A program made the translations under genes and the position numbers. Below the pieces are notes generated by a model, which was not told the origin of the DNA, did no database searches, and saw only the letters and a list, made by a program, of their open reading frames with translations. Below, piece after piece: positions 1 to 8,382 of a stretch of 64,000 nucleotides of DNA (position 1 is the first letter of the stretch; each line of letters opens with the position of its first letter). The stretch lies in IMG/VR virus record IMGVR_UViG_3300009687_000008, positions 9,144-73,143 of that record. One strand, written 5' to 3'. The stretch is from a virus. Taxonomy: Duplodnaviria; Caudoviricetes.

Positions 1-1
1 A

Positions 2-565
2 ATATTTACTGAAGAAGAATCTAAGTTAATTGTTAATGACTTTGAGAAGAACAAAGATCATATAAAATTATCTAGGGATCACGGTGTTGAAAGAATTAGT
101 TCTTATGAGATTGATGTTCAACATTTTTCAGAAGACATTAAAGAATTAATCTATTCTAAAATAGAAAGTAAATTAAAGCCAATAACTAAAGGTAAATTGG
201 GGATGGTTTTTGGTGTTCGTTATTCTTTGGATACCAAAAGTTATATGTCAGCACACCATGATTGTAATTCTTACAGTTGTGTTATTAAATTAAATAATGA
301 TTATAGTGGTGGTGGGACTTATTTCCCTTTAACAGGAGAAGTTTTATCACCCGAAAATGTGGGTGAAGGTTTATTGTTTAAAGCCGATACAATAGATTCG
401 TATCATGAAGCATATCCAATAACAAAAGGTGTTAGATATGTTTTAGTTGTTAGAATGGAGAAAAAGAATATTTTCCACCTCATATTAAAGGCGTATTTTT
501 TCCATTTTGTAGATAAATGGATTCAAAAAAGAAAAGATAGATATTACAAAAAACCCCTCATATAG
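2..565 (+). CDS. 2OG-Fe(II) oxygenase (prolyl-4-hydroxylase-like), 5' partial
   Basis: The frame is open from base 2 (IFTEEESKLIV...), so the gene starts upstream of the window. It has an HxD motif (HHD), a DYSGGGTYFP strand, a distal His (YHEA) and the 2OG-binding Arg (GVRYVLV). Confidence 0.8.
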   Translation: MFTEEESKLIVNDFEKNKDHIKLSRDHGVERISSYEIDVQHFSEDIKELIYSKIESKLKPITKGKLGMVFGVRYSLDTKSYMSAHHDCNSYSCVIKLNNDYSGGGTYFPLTGEVLSPENVGEGLLFKADTIDSYHEAYPITKGVRYVLVVRMEKKNIFHLILKAYFFHFVDKWIQKRKDRYYKKPLI

Positions 566-575
566 AGGGGTTTTT
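549..575. terminator. Bidirectional intrinsic terminator
   Basis: AAAAACCCCTC-ATATA-GAGGGGTTTTT between the convergent oxygenase and sigma genes. Confidence 0.8.
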
Positions 576-576
576 A

Positions 577-1401
577 TTATTTGTAGATGAACTCAAACAA
601 GTCCTTACTTTTATTTCTCAACTTACGTAGAGCCTTTTCCTTGATTTGACGGATACGTTCCTTTGTCAAATCGTAGTCCTCACCGATTTCTTCAAGAGTT
701 AATGGAGTCCCATTTAAACCGAAGTAAAGTTCGATGATTTGTCTTTCTCTTGGAGAAAGAACAGACAATGTGTTCTCTAATTGAGTTTTTAACATGTCTT
801 TAGGTTTTTCAAAAGACTCGTCTGGTCTCTCGAAAGAATCGTCAGCAATGATATCCATCATTTCATCACCATCTTCATTAATAGTTTCATTCAATGAAGT
901 ACAAGATGGTTGGATAAGTAATGTCAAATCCATATCAACATCAGTAGGTTTTCTACCATGTTCTTGTTCGAAAGCTGAAATCTCTCTCTTTAACTTAGCA
1001 ATGTTGTTTGTAACATTAACTGGAAGACGTACAGTTCTAGCGTTATCATTCAAAGATTGGATGATAGATTGTTTAACCCACCAAACAGCGTAAGAGATAA
1101 ATCTGAAACCACGCTCAGGGTCAAACTTTTGTGCAGCTTTAATCAAACCGAAGTTACCTTCGTTAATTAAATCAGCCAACGGTAAACCTTGATTCTGATA
1201 TTCCTTTGCGATAGAAATAACGAATCTTAGGTTAGCAGTAACTAACTTTTCGGTAGCGGCCTTGTCACCCTCACGAACTTTCTTTGCTAATTCAACTTCT
1301 TGTTCAGGAGTTAACATATCAATTTTTCTGACATCTTTAAAATATCTTGAAATGCTTTCTTCTGATGTATCGATGAATCTTTTAATGTTTACTGTACTCA
1401 T
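577..1401 (-). CDS. rpoD: RNA polymerase sigma70-family factor, Bacteroidota primary-sigma-like
   Basis: Region 2 (ANLRFVISIAKEYQNQGLPLADLINEGNFGLIKAAQKFDPERGFRFISYAVWW) and region 4 HTH (TLEEIGEDYDLTKERIRQIKEKALRKL). No region 1.1. Confidence 0.92.
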   Translation of the reverse strand: MSTVNIKRFIDTSEESISRYFKDVRKIDMLTPEQEVELAKKVREGDKAATEKLVTANLRFVISIAKEYQNQGLPLADLINEGNFGLIKAAQKFDPERGFRFISYAVWWVKQSIIQSLNDNARTVRLPVNVTNNIAKLKREISAFEQEHGRKPTDVDMDLTLLIQPSCTSLNETINEDGDEMMDIIADDSFERPDESFEKPKDMLKTQLENTLSVLSPRERQIIELYFGLNGTPLTLEEIGEDYDLTKERIRQIKEKALRKLRNKSKDLFEFIYK

Positions 1402-1409
1402 ATATAACT

Positions 1410-1790
1410 TTATTTGTTTTTATTTCCGAAAATTAAACTACTATTTTTTGTAACCTTTGTTTTTGATACTTCCTGAACCTTACTTATACGTTCTTTCTTT
1501 GGTTTAGGTTTCTCATTTTTAATCTTTTCTTCTATTTCTCTCTTTTTAATTAAATAGAAGTCACCATTCATTTTGTAAGGTAAATCTCTAACATTTGCCC
1601 AAAGAGATAAAATATAGTTATTTTTATTGGGTCTATCAACGCCCCCCTCTAATTTATTTATCTGTTCGACAAGTTGGTTAGCCATCTCCTTAATGGCTGG
1701 TGTTATTAGAGCCTCAGGTACTTCAGTTTCGTACCATTCAACCCTCTTACCTTTCCTTAAAATCTTTTCATATTCACTATAACTTAACAT
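1410..1790 (-). CDS. Hypothetical protein
   Basis: 126 aa ORF, tightly packed in the minus-strand operon. Confidence 0.6.
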   Translation of the reverse strand: MLSYSEYEKILRKGKRVEWYETEVPEALITPAIKEMANQLVEQINKLEGGVDRPNKNNYILSLWANVRDLPYKMNGDFYLIKKREIEEKIKNEKPKPKKERISKVQEVSKTKVTKNSSLIFGNKNK

Positions 1791-2422
1791 TAATAACTAT
1801 AATTCTTTGTCGGTTTACGGAACTTCATTTGTGAGTCCGTATTATTCTTTTCAGACAACCCATTTTTTAATTTGGCTGACTTTTTTTTAAGTACCCACCC
1901 TTCATACATATCTGTTTGGGTGATTTTATCCCATAATGATTCAAAATTTTGGGTAAAAGTGTTAACAATGTAAACGTTATCATTAATTTTATTTATAAAA
2001 TCATCGTACTTAGTAGACGGAAATAACTCATTCAAAAGTTGTATACGTTGATTGAATGTCATTCCTATAGTTTGAACTCCGTCATATACCAACACATCAA
2101 AGATAACTAATTTATGGTTAAAAACCTCACCTTTTGAATTATTTTTTGATTTATTCATGTATTCACCATTAAGCACAAACCATCCTTTCCCCTTATGTAA
2201 GGAAAGGAATTCAGATTCTTTCATTTTAACGTTTGTGATTGGTGAATTATGGCGGTTATAAAGATGAACCTCTTCACCATTTGTGAAAATTACAATGTTG
2301 GATCCATTAAGTTTTGGTTGTCCTACCCATTCACCATTATCATACTTACTCAACTCAGAAGAAGGTAAGTTAATCTCAGGTCTTGGGGGAAATATGTACC
2401 GATACTTGTTATAAGGAATCAT
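1790..2422 (-). CDS. ATP-dependent polynucleotide ligase adenylation domain (no OB domain; RNA or minimal DNA ligase)
   Basis: Motif I QPKLNGSN, motif III LNGEY, IIIa FDVL, IV EGWVLK. Only 210 aa. Confidence 0.7.
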   Translation of the reverse strand: MIPYNKYRYIFPPRPEINLPSSELSKYDNGEWVGQPKLNGSNIVIFTNGEEVHLYNRHNSPITNVKMKESEFLSLHKGKGWFVLNGEYMNKSKNNSKGEVFNHKLVIFDVLVYDGVQTIGMTFNQRIQLLNELFPSTKYDDFINKINDNVYIVNTFTQNFESLWDKITQTDMYEGWVLKKKSAKLKNGLSEKNNTDSQMKFRKPTKNYSY

Positions 2423-2427
2423 CGGTA

Positions 2428-2435
2428 CAAAGATA
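2428..2435 (-). promoter_or_regulatory. Bacteroidota sigma-A -7 element TAnnTTTG (TATCTTTG)
   Basis: The minus strand reads TATCTTTG, ending 5 nt before the ligase ATG at 2422. Confidence 0.5.
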
Positions 2436-2443
2436 GTAATTAT

Positions 2444-2956
2444 TTATTTCTCGGCATGGAATTTTGAGAATTTTTCTCTCTTTTTGAAGAATTCTTCTTT
2501 CTTCAACATTTGTTCCTCACTATATCTAGCCTCTTCAGGTACCAAATAGTTCCATTGTTCTAAAGGTTTTAAAGACCTTAAAGATTTCATTAAGTCTTCA
2601 GAATAGGGTTTAATAATACCGTTAACACCCCAAATTTTACCTGTTCTAATGTTTCTAACTCTAGGTACCGCAGTTTCCCATTGACCTTTATTATCCCAAA
2701 ATTCTACTATCTTACCAACCCAAAGTGGATGTGGTTCATTAGAACGACAAATTACTTTATCACCTATTTTATATAAATGACCACCAATTTCGTATTCAGT
2801 CTTAGTTTTGTGTTTCTTTTTTGGTGTTTGTGTTTTCTTTTTGTCTAACACTATTTTAGCGAAAGACTCTCTATCTTTATCCGTTATCCTCGGATCTGGT
2901 TTCTTCTCAGCCCTTTTAAATGGGTTGATACTTTGTAAAAATGTTTTAAAACTCAT
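2444..2956 (-). CDS. Hypothetical protein, possible SH3/KOW-like barrel
   Basis: 170 aa ORF with IGDKVICR...WVGKIVEF segment. Confidence 0.55.
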   Translation of the reverse strand: MSFKTFLQSINPFKRAEKKPDPRITDKDRESFAKIVLDKKKTQTPKKKHKTKTEYEIGGHLYKIGDKVICRSNEPHPLWVGKIVEFWDNKGQWETAVPRVRNIRTGKIWGVNGIIKPYSEDLMKSLRSLKPLEQWNYLVPEEARYSEEQMLKKEEFFKKREKFSKFHAEK

Positions 2957-3120
2957 TTTTTTCTAATTAATTCATATATTATGTGAAGTGGCCATAATGT
3001 TACTATCATTAATGAACCAATCACGTTTTCTGATTGAATCTTCCTCTTATTTGAGAAGTAGTTCAACCAAATAATCCCTAAAAGGACATATAACGTCCAT
3101 ATTCCAAATAATTTTATCAT
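2953..3120 (-). CDS. Small two-TM membrane protein (55 aa, missing from ORF track)
   Basis: Hand-translated as MIKLFGIWTLYVLLGIIWLNYFSNKRKIQSENVIGSLMIVTLWPLHIIYELIRKK*. ATGA overlaps with both neighbours. Confidence 0.75.
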   Translation of the reverse strand: MIKLFGIWTLYVLLGIIWLNYFSNKRKIQSENVIGSLMIVTLWPLHIIYELIRKK

Positions 3121-3596
3121 ATATCTTTAATAATTTTATCTAAAATATCCTTATTATAAAGGTTATAAACGGGTATCTTTAAATCTTCAGCCATTCTTAA
3201 GGCTTGTCCCGTACCTCCTGTGGCTTTACCATCTTTAGTCCAACAAACAATAAAATCTGTGGGTGATTTCAAATCTAAACCTAACACTTGGTGACAGTTT
3301 CTAGCCATTAATTTTTTGGCTCCATAAGATAATCTACCCCAATTAGGGTGATATTTTTGAGCCATTTCAAAAGCTTCGGGTGTTGGATTGAAAAGTAGAG
3401 AAGTATTACCATTAAAACCCCTCCAAGGGAGATAAATTTCCTTCTTTTCAGCATGTTCTTCAAAGAAAGAGTCTGCTCCTGGTGCTCCACCTGACCTTAA
3501 AGTATAACCCTTTTTGTTTAAGTGTTCTACTATAGTTTTAATGTCATTCTTTAATTCAGTAGGTGTTTCTCTAGAACCAATGCCGGTATAAATCAT
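3117..3596 (-). CDS. SLOG superfamily (DprA/YspA-like) nucleotide-binding protein
   Basis: YTGIGSRETP, LRSGGAPGAD and GGTGQA motifs. Confidence 0.75.
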   Translation of the reverse strand: MIYTGIGSRETPTELKNDIKTIVEHLNKKGYTLRSGGAPGADSFFEEHAEKKEIYLPWRGFNGNTSLLFNPTPEAFEMAQKYHPNWGRLSYGAKKLMARNCHQVLGLDLKSPTDFIVCWTKDGKATGGTGQALRMAEDLKIPVYNLYNKDILDKIIKDI

Positions 3597-4090
3597 TAAC
3601 CTTTATTAAGAATTTCTATTTCTTTCTCTGTTAAACACTTCCTATCGTAATTGTTACGAGAAAGTTTATCTAAAATGTCGTTAACAGAATCATATTCTTC
3701 AACAATTGGTTCGGGTTTTCTTTTATTAACCCTTGTGAAGGTATTACCATTTGTTTCGTCGTAAATGGTGTTAGGATCGTTAATCATTTGTTTTTGAATA
3801 TCCATCATAGAATCCAACTCTTTTTTAACCTCAGGGAAAATACCTGTGTAGTATTTTGAAGGTAAGTTTACACCGTAAGATTCAGAATTTGTGATGTCAA
3901 AAACCATCATAGCTGGTCTATGAACCAATTTTTCATGTATTTCGGATGTTGAATAAGGGCTATAGAAAGTACAAATAAACATACCCTTACCGTCAACAAA
4001 ATTAACACCACTCTCACTGTCTGCAATGTGATTTAAGTCTTGGTCTATACCCATTGCTGTTCCAAGTATCACTAAAAGAAATCTGTTCAT
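3596..4090 (-). CDS. Hypothetical protein
   Basis: 164 aa ORF, preceded by both the GATATTTATA motif and a TATATTTG element. Confidence 0.6.
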   Translation of the reverse strand: MNRFLLVILGTAMGIDQDLNHIADSESGVNFVDGKGMFICTFYSPYSTSEIHEKLVHRPAMMVFDITNSESYGVNLPSKYYTGIFPEVKKELDSMMDIQKQMINDPNTIYDETNGNTFTRVNKRKPEPIVEEYDSVNDILDKLSRNNYDRKCLTEKEIEILNKG

Positions 4091-4100
4091 AGTTTTTATT

Positions 4101-4110
4101 TATAAATATC
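4101..4110 (-). promoter_or_regulatory. Recurrent upstream motif GATATTTATA
   Basis: Located 10 nt upstream of the ATG at 4090. Confidence 0.5.
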
Positions 4111-4127
4111 TACAACAAATATAATCA

Positions 4128-6503
4128 TTATCTTGAAAGAGTCAAAGAAGAAATGTTATTAACCTTTTCAATTGTTACTACATTAGTAGACCAATCCTTA
4201 ACAAGTGGATTATGTGTGATTAAAAAGATATTATCAAACATTTCAGAACACTTTTGGAAGAAATTACCTACTAGTTCTAAATTCTCATTTGCTACTTTAC
4301 CTAAAACTTCATCAAAAACGATAATATTTGGTTTAGGTAAGGAACTTATTCTAGATAAAACAACTCTTAAAGCTAAAGAACCTAAAGTTTTCTCCAAACC
4401 ACTACCCTCAGTTAACAAATAGTTAATTTTCTGTCCATTTTCATCTTCTTTCTCCAACAAGAAATCAACTTCTTGTTTAGAATTAATATCGACTGTTAAT
4501 CTAAAATTAGCCGAATCAAATAAAAGTCTATCCAATTCTGAATTAAGTAAAGGCATTACATTTTTCATGATTAATTTAGTAATACCATTCTTACCAACCA
4601 TTCTTGTGTATATTTCAAAAATAATCTTAACTTCTTCCTCTATCTTAATTGTTTTAATTAATTCCTTATTCTTGTTAATTGTGTCTTCAGACCTTTCGAT
4701 ATCGAATTTATTACGTTGGATTCTAGCATTTAGTTCGTCTTTCTCCCTATTAAGTCTATCTAACTTAGCGTTATAACCTAATATCTTGGAATCTAAATCT
4801 TTATTCTTCTCAATATTACCAACATTATCTTCATACTTCTTCTTAAGGTCTTTTTTCTCCTTAAGTTGTAGTCTCATATTTTCTATTTCAAGTTCAATCT
4901 TGTCAATCATGATAGATTTTCTATCATATTCATCAACCTTTTCTTTGATTTTATCTAATTTTTCAATTTCAGATTTGGCTTCCTCAATTTCAACGTCTAA
5001 TTCTTTAAGAATTTTATCCCATTCCTCCAAAGCTGTCTTATTTTTAGCAATTTCATCAGAATGATCAACATCTTTTAATGGTTGTTTACATAAAGAACAA
5101 AACTCACCTTCCTCTAAATTTTTAATTAACGACTCAACAGCCTCTTTTTTGATACTTCTATGACTTCTAGCAATGTTTAAATCACTTAATTGTTGTTTCC
5201 ACTCCTTATGTGTTTGAACATCGTATTCAATCTCAGTTAATTTATCAAATTCCTCTTTAAGGATATCGTATTTTTCCTTAGATTTCTTACCTTTTTCAGT
5301 TATAGCCTCAATTTCTCTATCAATATCTTCAGGTCTTAATCTAATAACTTCAGTATCAATTATAATTTTTTGAGACAAAAATGTTTCTTTAATACTGTTT
5401 GCCTCATTTATCTCAACTTTTAAGTCTTCTAACTTACCTTCACAGAAAGAAATATCAGAATTTAAATCATTAATCTTAACAACTAAAGTTTCAATTTCTT
5501 TGGTTAAATCGCCAGAGTTATATTGGTCTGATTTAAGGTTTTTAGCCCAAGCTGATTTAATTTCCTTAACAATCTCTTCTTTTTGTTCAATAACCTCTAA
5601 CCCAATAAACTTGGAAAGTAGTCTTCCTTTTTGTGTTGGTAGTGTGTGGATTAATTCTTCTAAATTATCGGATGTGGCAATAATAGTTAATAAGAAATCA
5701 TCAACATCACCGATAGATTTCTTAATAAAATCATCAGTTTCTCTACGTTGTTCACCCTCAAGATTTTGGATCGAACCGTCAGCCATTACCTTTTGGAAGT
5801 TCAAATCTGTTTTAACGTTATAACCTTCTTCACTTTTCTTTTTAGTTCTAGTTAAAATTCTTTCAATGATATAATCACCGCCATCAATGTTAATTTTACC
5901 TTTAACTCTAACAGTGTTTACATCCCTAAATTTGTTAAATACTTGTGCAGCAACCTTTGTTCTTGTTGTTTCATTAAAGAATAAGAACAGTAATAAATCA
6001 ACCGATAAAGCAGTCTTACCACCTTGATTGGCTGGGTTGGAAGAAATAGTTGTAATACCTCTTAAACCATCAAAAGAAAGTTTATTTCCATCACCGTAGG
6101 ATAAGAAGTTATCCCATTCAAGTTCTTTAATATACCAATTACGATAACGATATTCGATATCACGAACTTGTTTTAACTTATCATTAACTTTATCATCAAG
6201 ACGAAGTAACCTATCCCAATCTACCTCAATTTTATTACCATCTAACCATTCTTTGAACAATCTACGTTGGTAATTTGTGTCCATTACATTGTCAGCAATA
6301 GACATTTCAACCTGTCCATGTTCTGTATCGACCTTTTTAGGTTTAAAAATTACTTGGACTTTTTCTACAGAGTATTTCTGTGCAATATACTGTTCAATTC
6401 TTTTAACCCTATCTTTAGTATAGTTTTCAGGTGCATCTTCCCATACAACACGAACATGTGCTTTAGGTGGTATTATTACTTTTTGTTTTTCTTTAGTTGC
6501 CAT
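4128..6503 (-). CDS. sbcC: SbcC/Rad50/gp46-like ATPase with ~120 aa N-terminal extension
   Basis: IKELEWDNFLSY start of the ATPase lobe, Walker A NQGGKT, long coiled coil with CxxC hook (CSLCK), signature-like GSGLEK, Walker B IIVFDE, H-loop LITHN. Confidence 0.9.
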   Translation of the reverse strand: MATKEKQKVIIPPKAHVRVVWEDAPENYTKDRVKRIEQYIAQKYSVEKVQVIFKPKKVDTEHGQVEMSIADNVMDTNYQRRLFKEWLDGNKIEVDWDRLLRLDDKVNDKLKQVRDIEYRYRNWYIKELEWDNFLSYGDGNKLSFDGLRGITTISSNPANQGGKTALSVDLLLFLFFNETTRTKVAAQVFNKFRDVNTVRVKGKINIDGGDYIIERILTRTKKKSEEGYNVKTDLNFQKVMADGSIQNLEGEQRRETDDFIKKSIGDVDDFLLTIIATSDNLEELIHTLPTQKGRLLSKFIGLEVIEQKEEIVKEIKSAWAKNLKSDQYNSGDLTKEIETLVVKINDLNSDISFCEGKLEDLKVEINEANSIKETFLSQKIIIDTEVIRLRPEDIDREIEAITEKGKKSKEKYDILKEEFDKLTEIEYDVQTHKEWKQQLSDLNIARSHRSIKKEAVESLIKNLEEGEFCSLCKQPLKDVDHSDEIAKNKTALEEWDKILKELDVEIEEAKSEIEKLDKIKEKVDEYDRKSIMIDKIELEIENMRLQLKEKKDLKKKYEDNVGNIEKNKDLDSKILGYNAKLDRLNREKDELNARIQRNKFDIERSEDTINKNKELIKTIKIEEEVKIIFEIYTRMVGKNGITKLIMKNVMPLLNSELDRLLFDSANFRLTVDINSKQEVDFLLEKEDENGQKINYLLTEGSGLEKTLGSLALRVVLSRISSLPKPNIIVFDEVLGKVANENLELVGNFFQKCSEMFDNIFLITHNPLVKDWSTNVVTIEKVNNISSLTLSR

Positions 6504-7021
6504 TACTCTCCGTATAAATCTTTATCTTTCTTTTCTTGTGGAACCCATTTAATCACATCCTTAGGTTTATCACCAAAGGGGTTTGATGTGTCTATTCTAG
6601 GTTTATTACGATTCTTTTCAATCTCTAATAAATCCTCTAATCTTTGTATTTTTTGGTACAACTTACCAAGTTCACTTCCTGAAGTTTTTTCTTTCTCTAA
6701 TTTAAGTTCTTTCTCTAGTGTTTCTAGTTTTACTAATAATTCTTTAACTTGTGAATCGTCAGTAATAACTTTCTCAACAATCTTTTCAACAGGAACTTCT
6801 ACTACTTTCTCAACAATCTTTTCAACAGGAACTTCTACTACTTTCTCAACAATCTTTTCAATTTCTTTTTCAATAACTTGAGGCATGATTGGTGATGTAC
6901 CATATTTTTCAACATTAAAACCTTGTTTAACCATATTAAGTATAAATTGGTCTACATTGGTTATACTGTTCAATCTACAATAATCCCATATTTCGTTTTG
7001 TATATCCTTTGGTAATTCCAT
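6503..7021 (-). CDS. Hypothetical protein with EKIVEKVVEVPV repeats and coiled coil
   Basis: 172 aa ORF. The repeat is visible in both protein and DNA. Confidence 0.7.
   Translation of the reverse strand: MELPKDIQNEIWDYCRLNSITNVDQFILNMVKQGFNVEKYGTSPIMPQVIEKEIEKIVEKVVEVPVEKIVEKVVEVPVEKIVEKVITDDSQVKELLVKLETLEKELKLEKEKTSGSELGKLYQKIQRLEDLLEIEKNRNKPRIDTSNPFGDKPKDVIKWVPQEKKDKDLYGE
6768..6861. repeat. 36-bp in-frame tandem repeat, about 2.6 copies
   Basis: The unit ACTTTCTCAACAATCTTTTCAACAGGAACTTCTACT occurs at 6768 and 6804, with a partial copy at 6840. Confidence 0.95.
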
Positions 7022-7242
7022 TAAACTAACCTTTCTGACTCTGTTTCAATATCCTCAATTGATTTTATTTTAAAAGTGTAAAAGCCGTAGTCACTTTCAA
7101 TCTTTTTCAATTCATGTTTTCTTGTTGGAATATCCCAAATAACATAACCATGATTGTAAGGGTCTTCACCGAAGTCTTGTTGAATCATTGATGAAGGCAT
7201 TACAATTGGTGTTTTACGACAAATTTTAATTTTTTTACTCAT
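7021..7242 (-). CDS. SbcD/Mre11 internal fragment (last phosphoesterase motif region)
   Basis: IVMPSSMIQQDFGE...HGYVIWDI resembles the Y-x-GS-x-x-Q-x-x-FGE...GY motif that follows GDIH in SbcD/gp47 nucleases. Confidence 0.7.
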   Translation of the reverse strand: MSKKIKICRKTPIVMPSSMIQQDFGEDPYNHGYVIWDIPTRKHELKKIESDYGFYTFKIKSIEDIETESERLV

Positions 7243-7269
7243 TTTATATTTTATTTAATAATAACATAA

Positions 7270-7503
7270 TTAATTAATGAATTCAAACTCTTCTTCTCTT
7301 AACCTTAATTGTCTTCCTTCATCAGTTTCTACCCATTTAAAACCAGAACCAGAATCAAAATAATAATAAGCTAAAACACCTTTCAAATTATCATAATCGG
7401 TTATAATTTTAATACGTTTTTTCATTTTATATTGTGGTCTGTAATTCACTGAAACAACTTCCCAACCATTAGGTGTTATATCCCCTTCTTTATAATCTTT
7501 CAT
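7270..7503 (-). CDS. Hypothetical protein
   Basis: 77 aa ORF coupled by overlap to the upstream endonuclease. Confidence 0.55.
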   Translation of the reverse strand: MKDYKEGDITPNGWEVVSVNYRPQYKMKKRIKIITDYDNLKGVLAYYYFDSGSGFKWVETDEGRQLRLREEEFEFIN

Positions 7504-8339
7504 ATTATTAATTTTTTGTATCTATCATAATTTTTCATAAAGTTAATTACATGTTTAATATTGTTGTTATCACAAAATATTTTACATTGTTTGTGTTTTA
7601 ATAAAAAAATTTCCTCGTCTTCTATGAAACCTTTTACTTCCTCTATGACTTTATCACCGTTTCTATATTCTATGTAAAAATCAGGTACATATCGTTTTGT
7701 TTTACCGTTATGTTCATATTTTATAATAAAACCATGTTTTTTAGTCCAATAAATAACATTTTCGTCACCATCTAATTCAATCATTCTTTGTTTTTCCCAA
7801 GATGAATGATATTGTTCGTCTACCTTATTTTTATTATTAAAATAATACCCTCTTTCACAATTACCGTATGTATTATGATTACCACCAAGTATTCTATTAA
7901 CATTGGCTATAGAAATCTTTTCCCTACCTTCATCACTCATCATAGGGTAATGTCCGTTCTTTAGTTTATAATTTTCCCTACCTAATTGATTTTTAATTTT
8001 TCTATCCTCGCTAGACCAATGGTTTTTGACAGTCTCACTTATTTTTTTCTTTCTTTCATCACTGTGTTTACCCCAAGAATTTTTTCTACCGTAATTACCG
8101 TTGTTTTCACCTAATTGTGTGTATTTTTGCCAATCTGCTTGACACTCCCTCGAACAAAACCTTTTTTCTCTTGTTGAATTTTTTACATATGTTACTGTAT
8201 TGGTGCACCCAGTGTATTCACATTTTCTTATATCTCTCTCTAATTTTTTTATAGATTGTGCACATATTTTACCACAAAATCTTCTTTCTTTATGGTAGGT
8301 TTTAAATTCTTTTTGACATATTTCACATGTTTTTATCAT
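7500..8339 (-). CDS. Putative free-standing homing-type endonuclease: Zn-finger repeats, NUMOD3-like helices, TnsA-like PD-(D/E)xK domain
   Basis: CEIC...RFCGKIC and CEYTGC...FCSREC; HSDERKKKISE and MSDEGREKIS; SSWE...YVPDFYIEY...EEVKG. Confidence 0.75.
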   Translation of the reverse strand: MIKTCEICQKEFKTYHKERRFCGKICAQSIKKLERDIRKCEYTGCTNTVTYVKNSTREKRFCSRECQADWQKYTQLGENNGNYGRKNSWGKHSDERKKKISETVKNHWSSEDRKIKNQLGRENYKLKNGHYPMMSDEGREKISIANVNRILGGNHNTYGNCERGYYFNNKNKVDEQYHSSWEKQRMIELDGDENVIYWTKKHGFIIKYEHNGKTKRYVPDFYIEYRNGDKVIEEVKGFIEDEEIFLLKHKQCKIFCDNNNIKHVINFMKNYDRYKKLII

Positions 8340-8351
8340 ATTTTTTTATTA

Positions 8352-8361
8352 TATAAATATC
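8352..8361 (-). promoter_or_regulatory. Recurrent upstream motif GATATTTATA
   Basis: Located 12 nt upstream of the endonuclease ATG at 8339. Confidence 0.55.
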
Positions 8362-8382
8362 ACCAAACAAGACAAAATAAGA

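Noticed and set aside
6768-6861. CRISPR-like 36-bp repeats
   Set aside because: The copies are directly adjacent with no spacers and lie in frame within a CDS.
7243-8382. Group I/II intron interrupting sbcD
   Set aside because: The interval is filled by two ORFs with only very short AT-rich spacers. There is no room or visible structure for a ribozyme core, and both sbcD pieces have their own start and stop codons.
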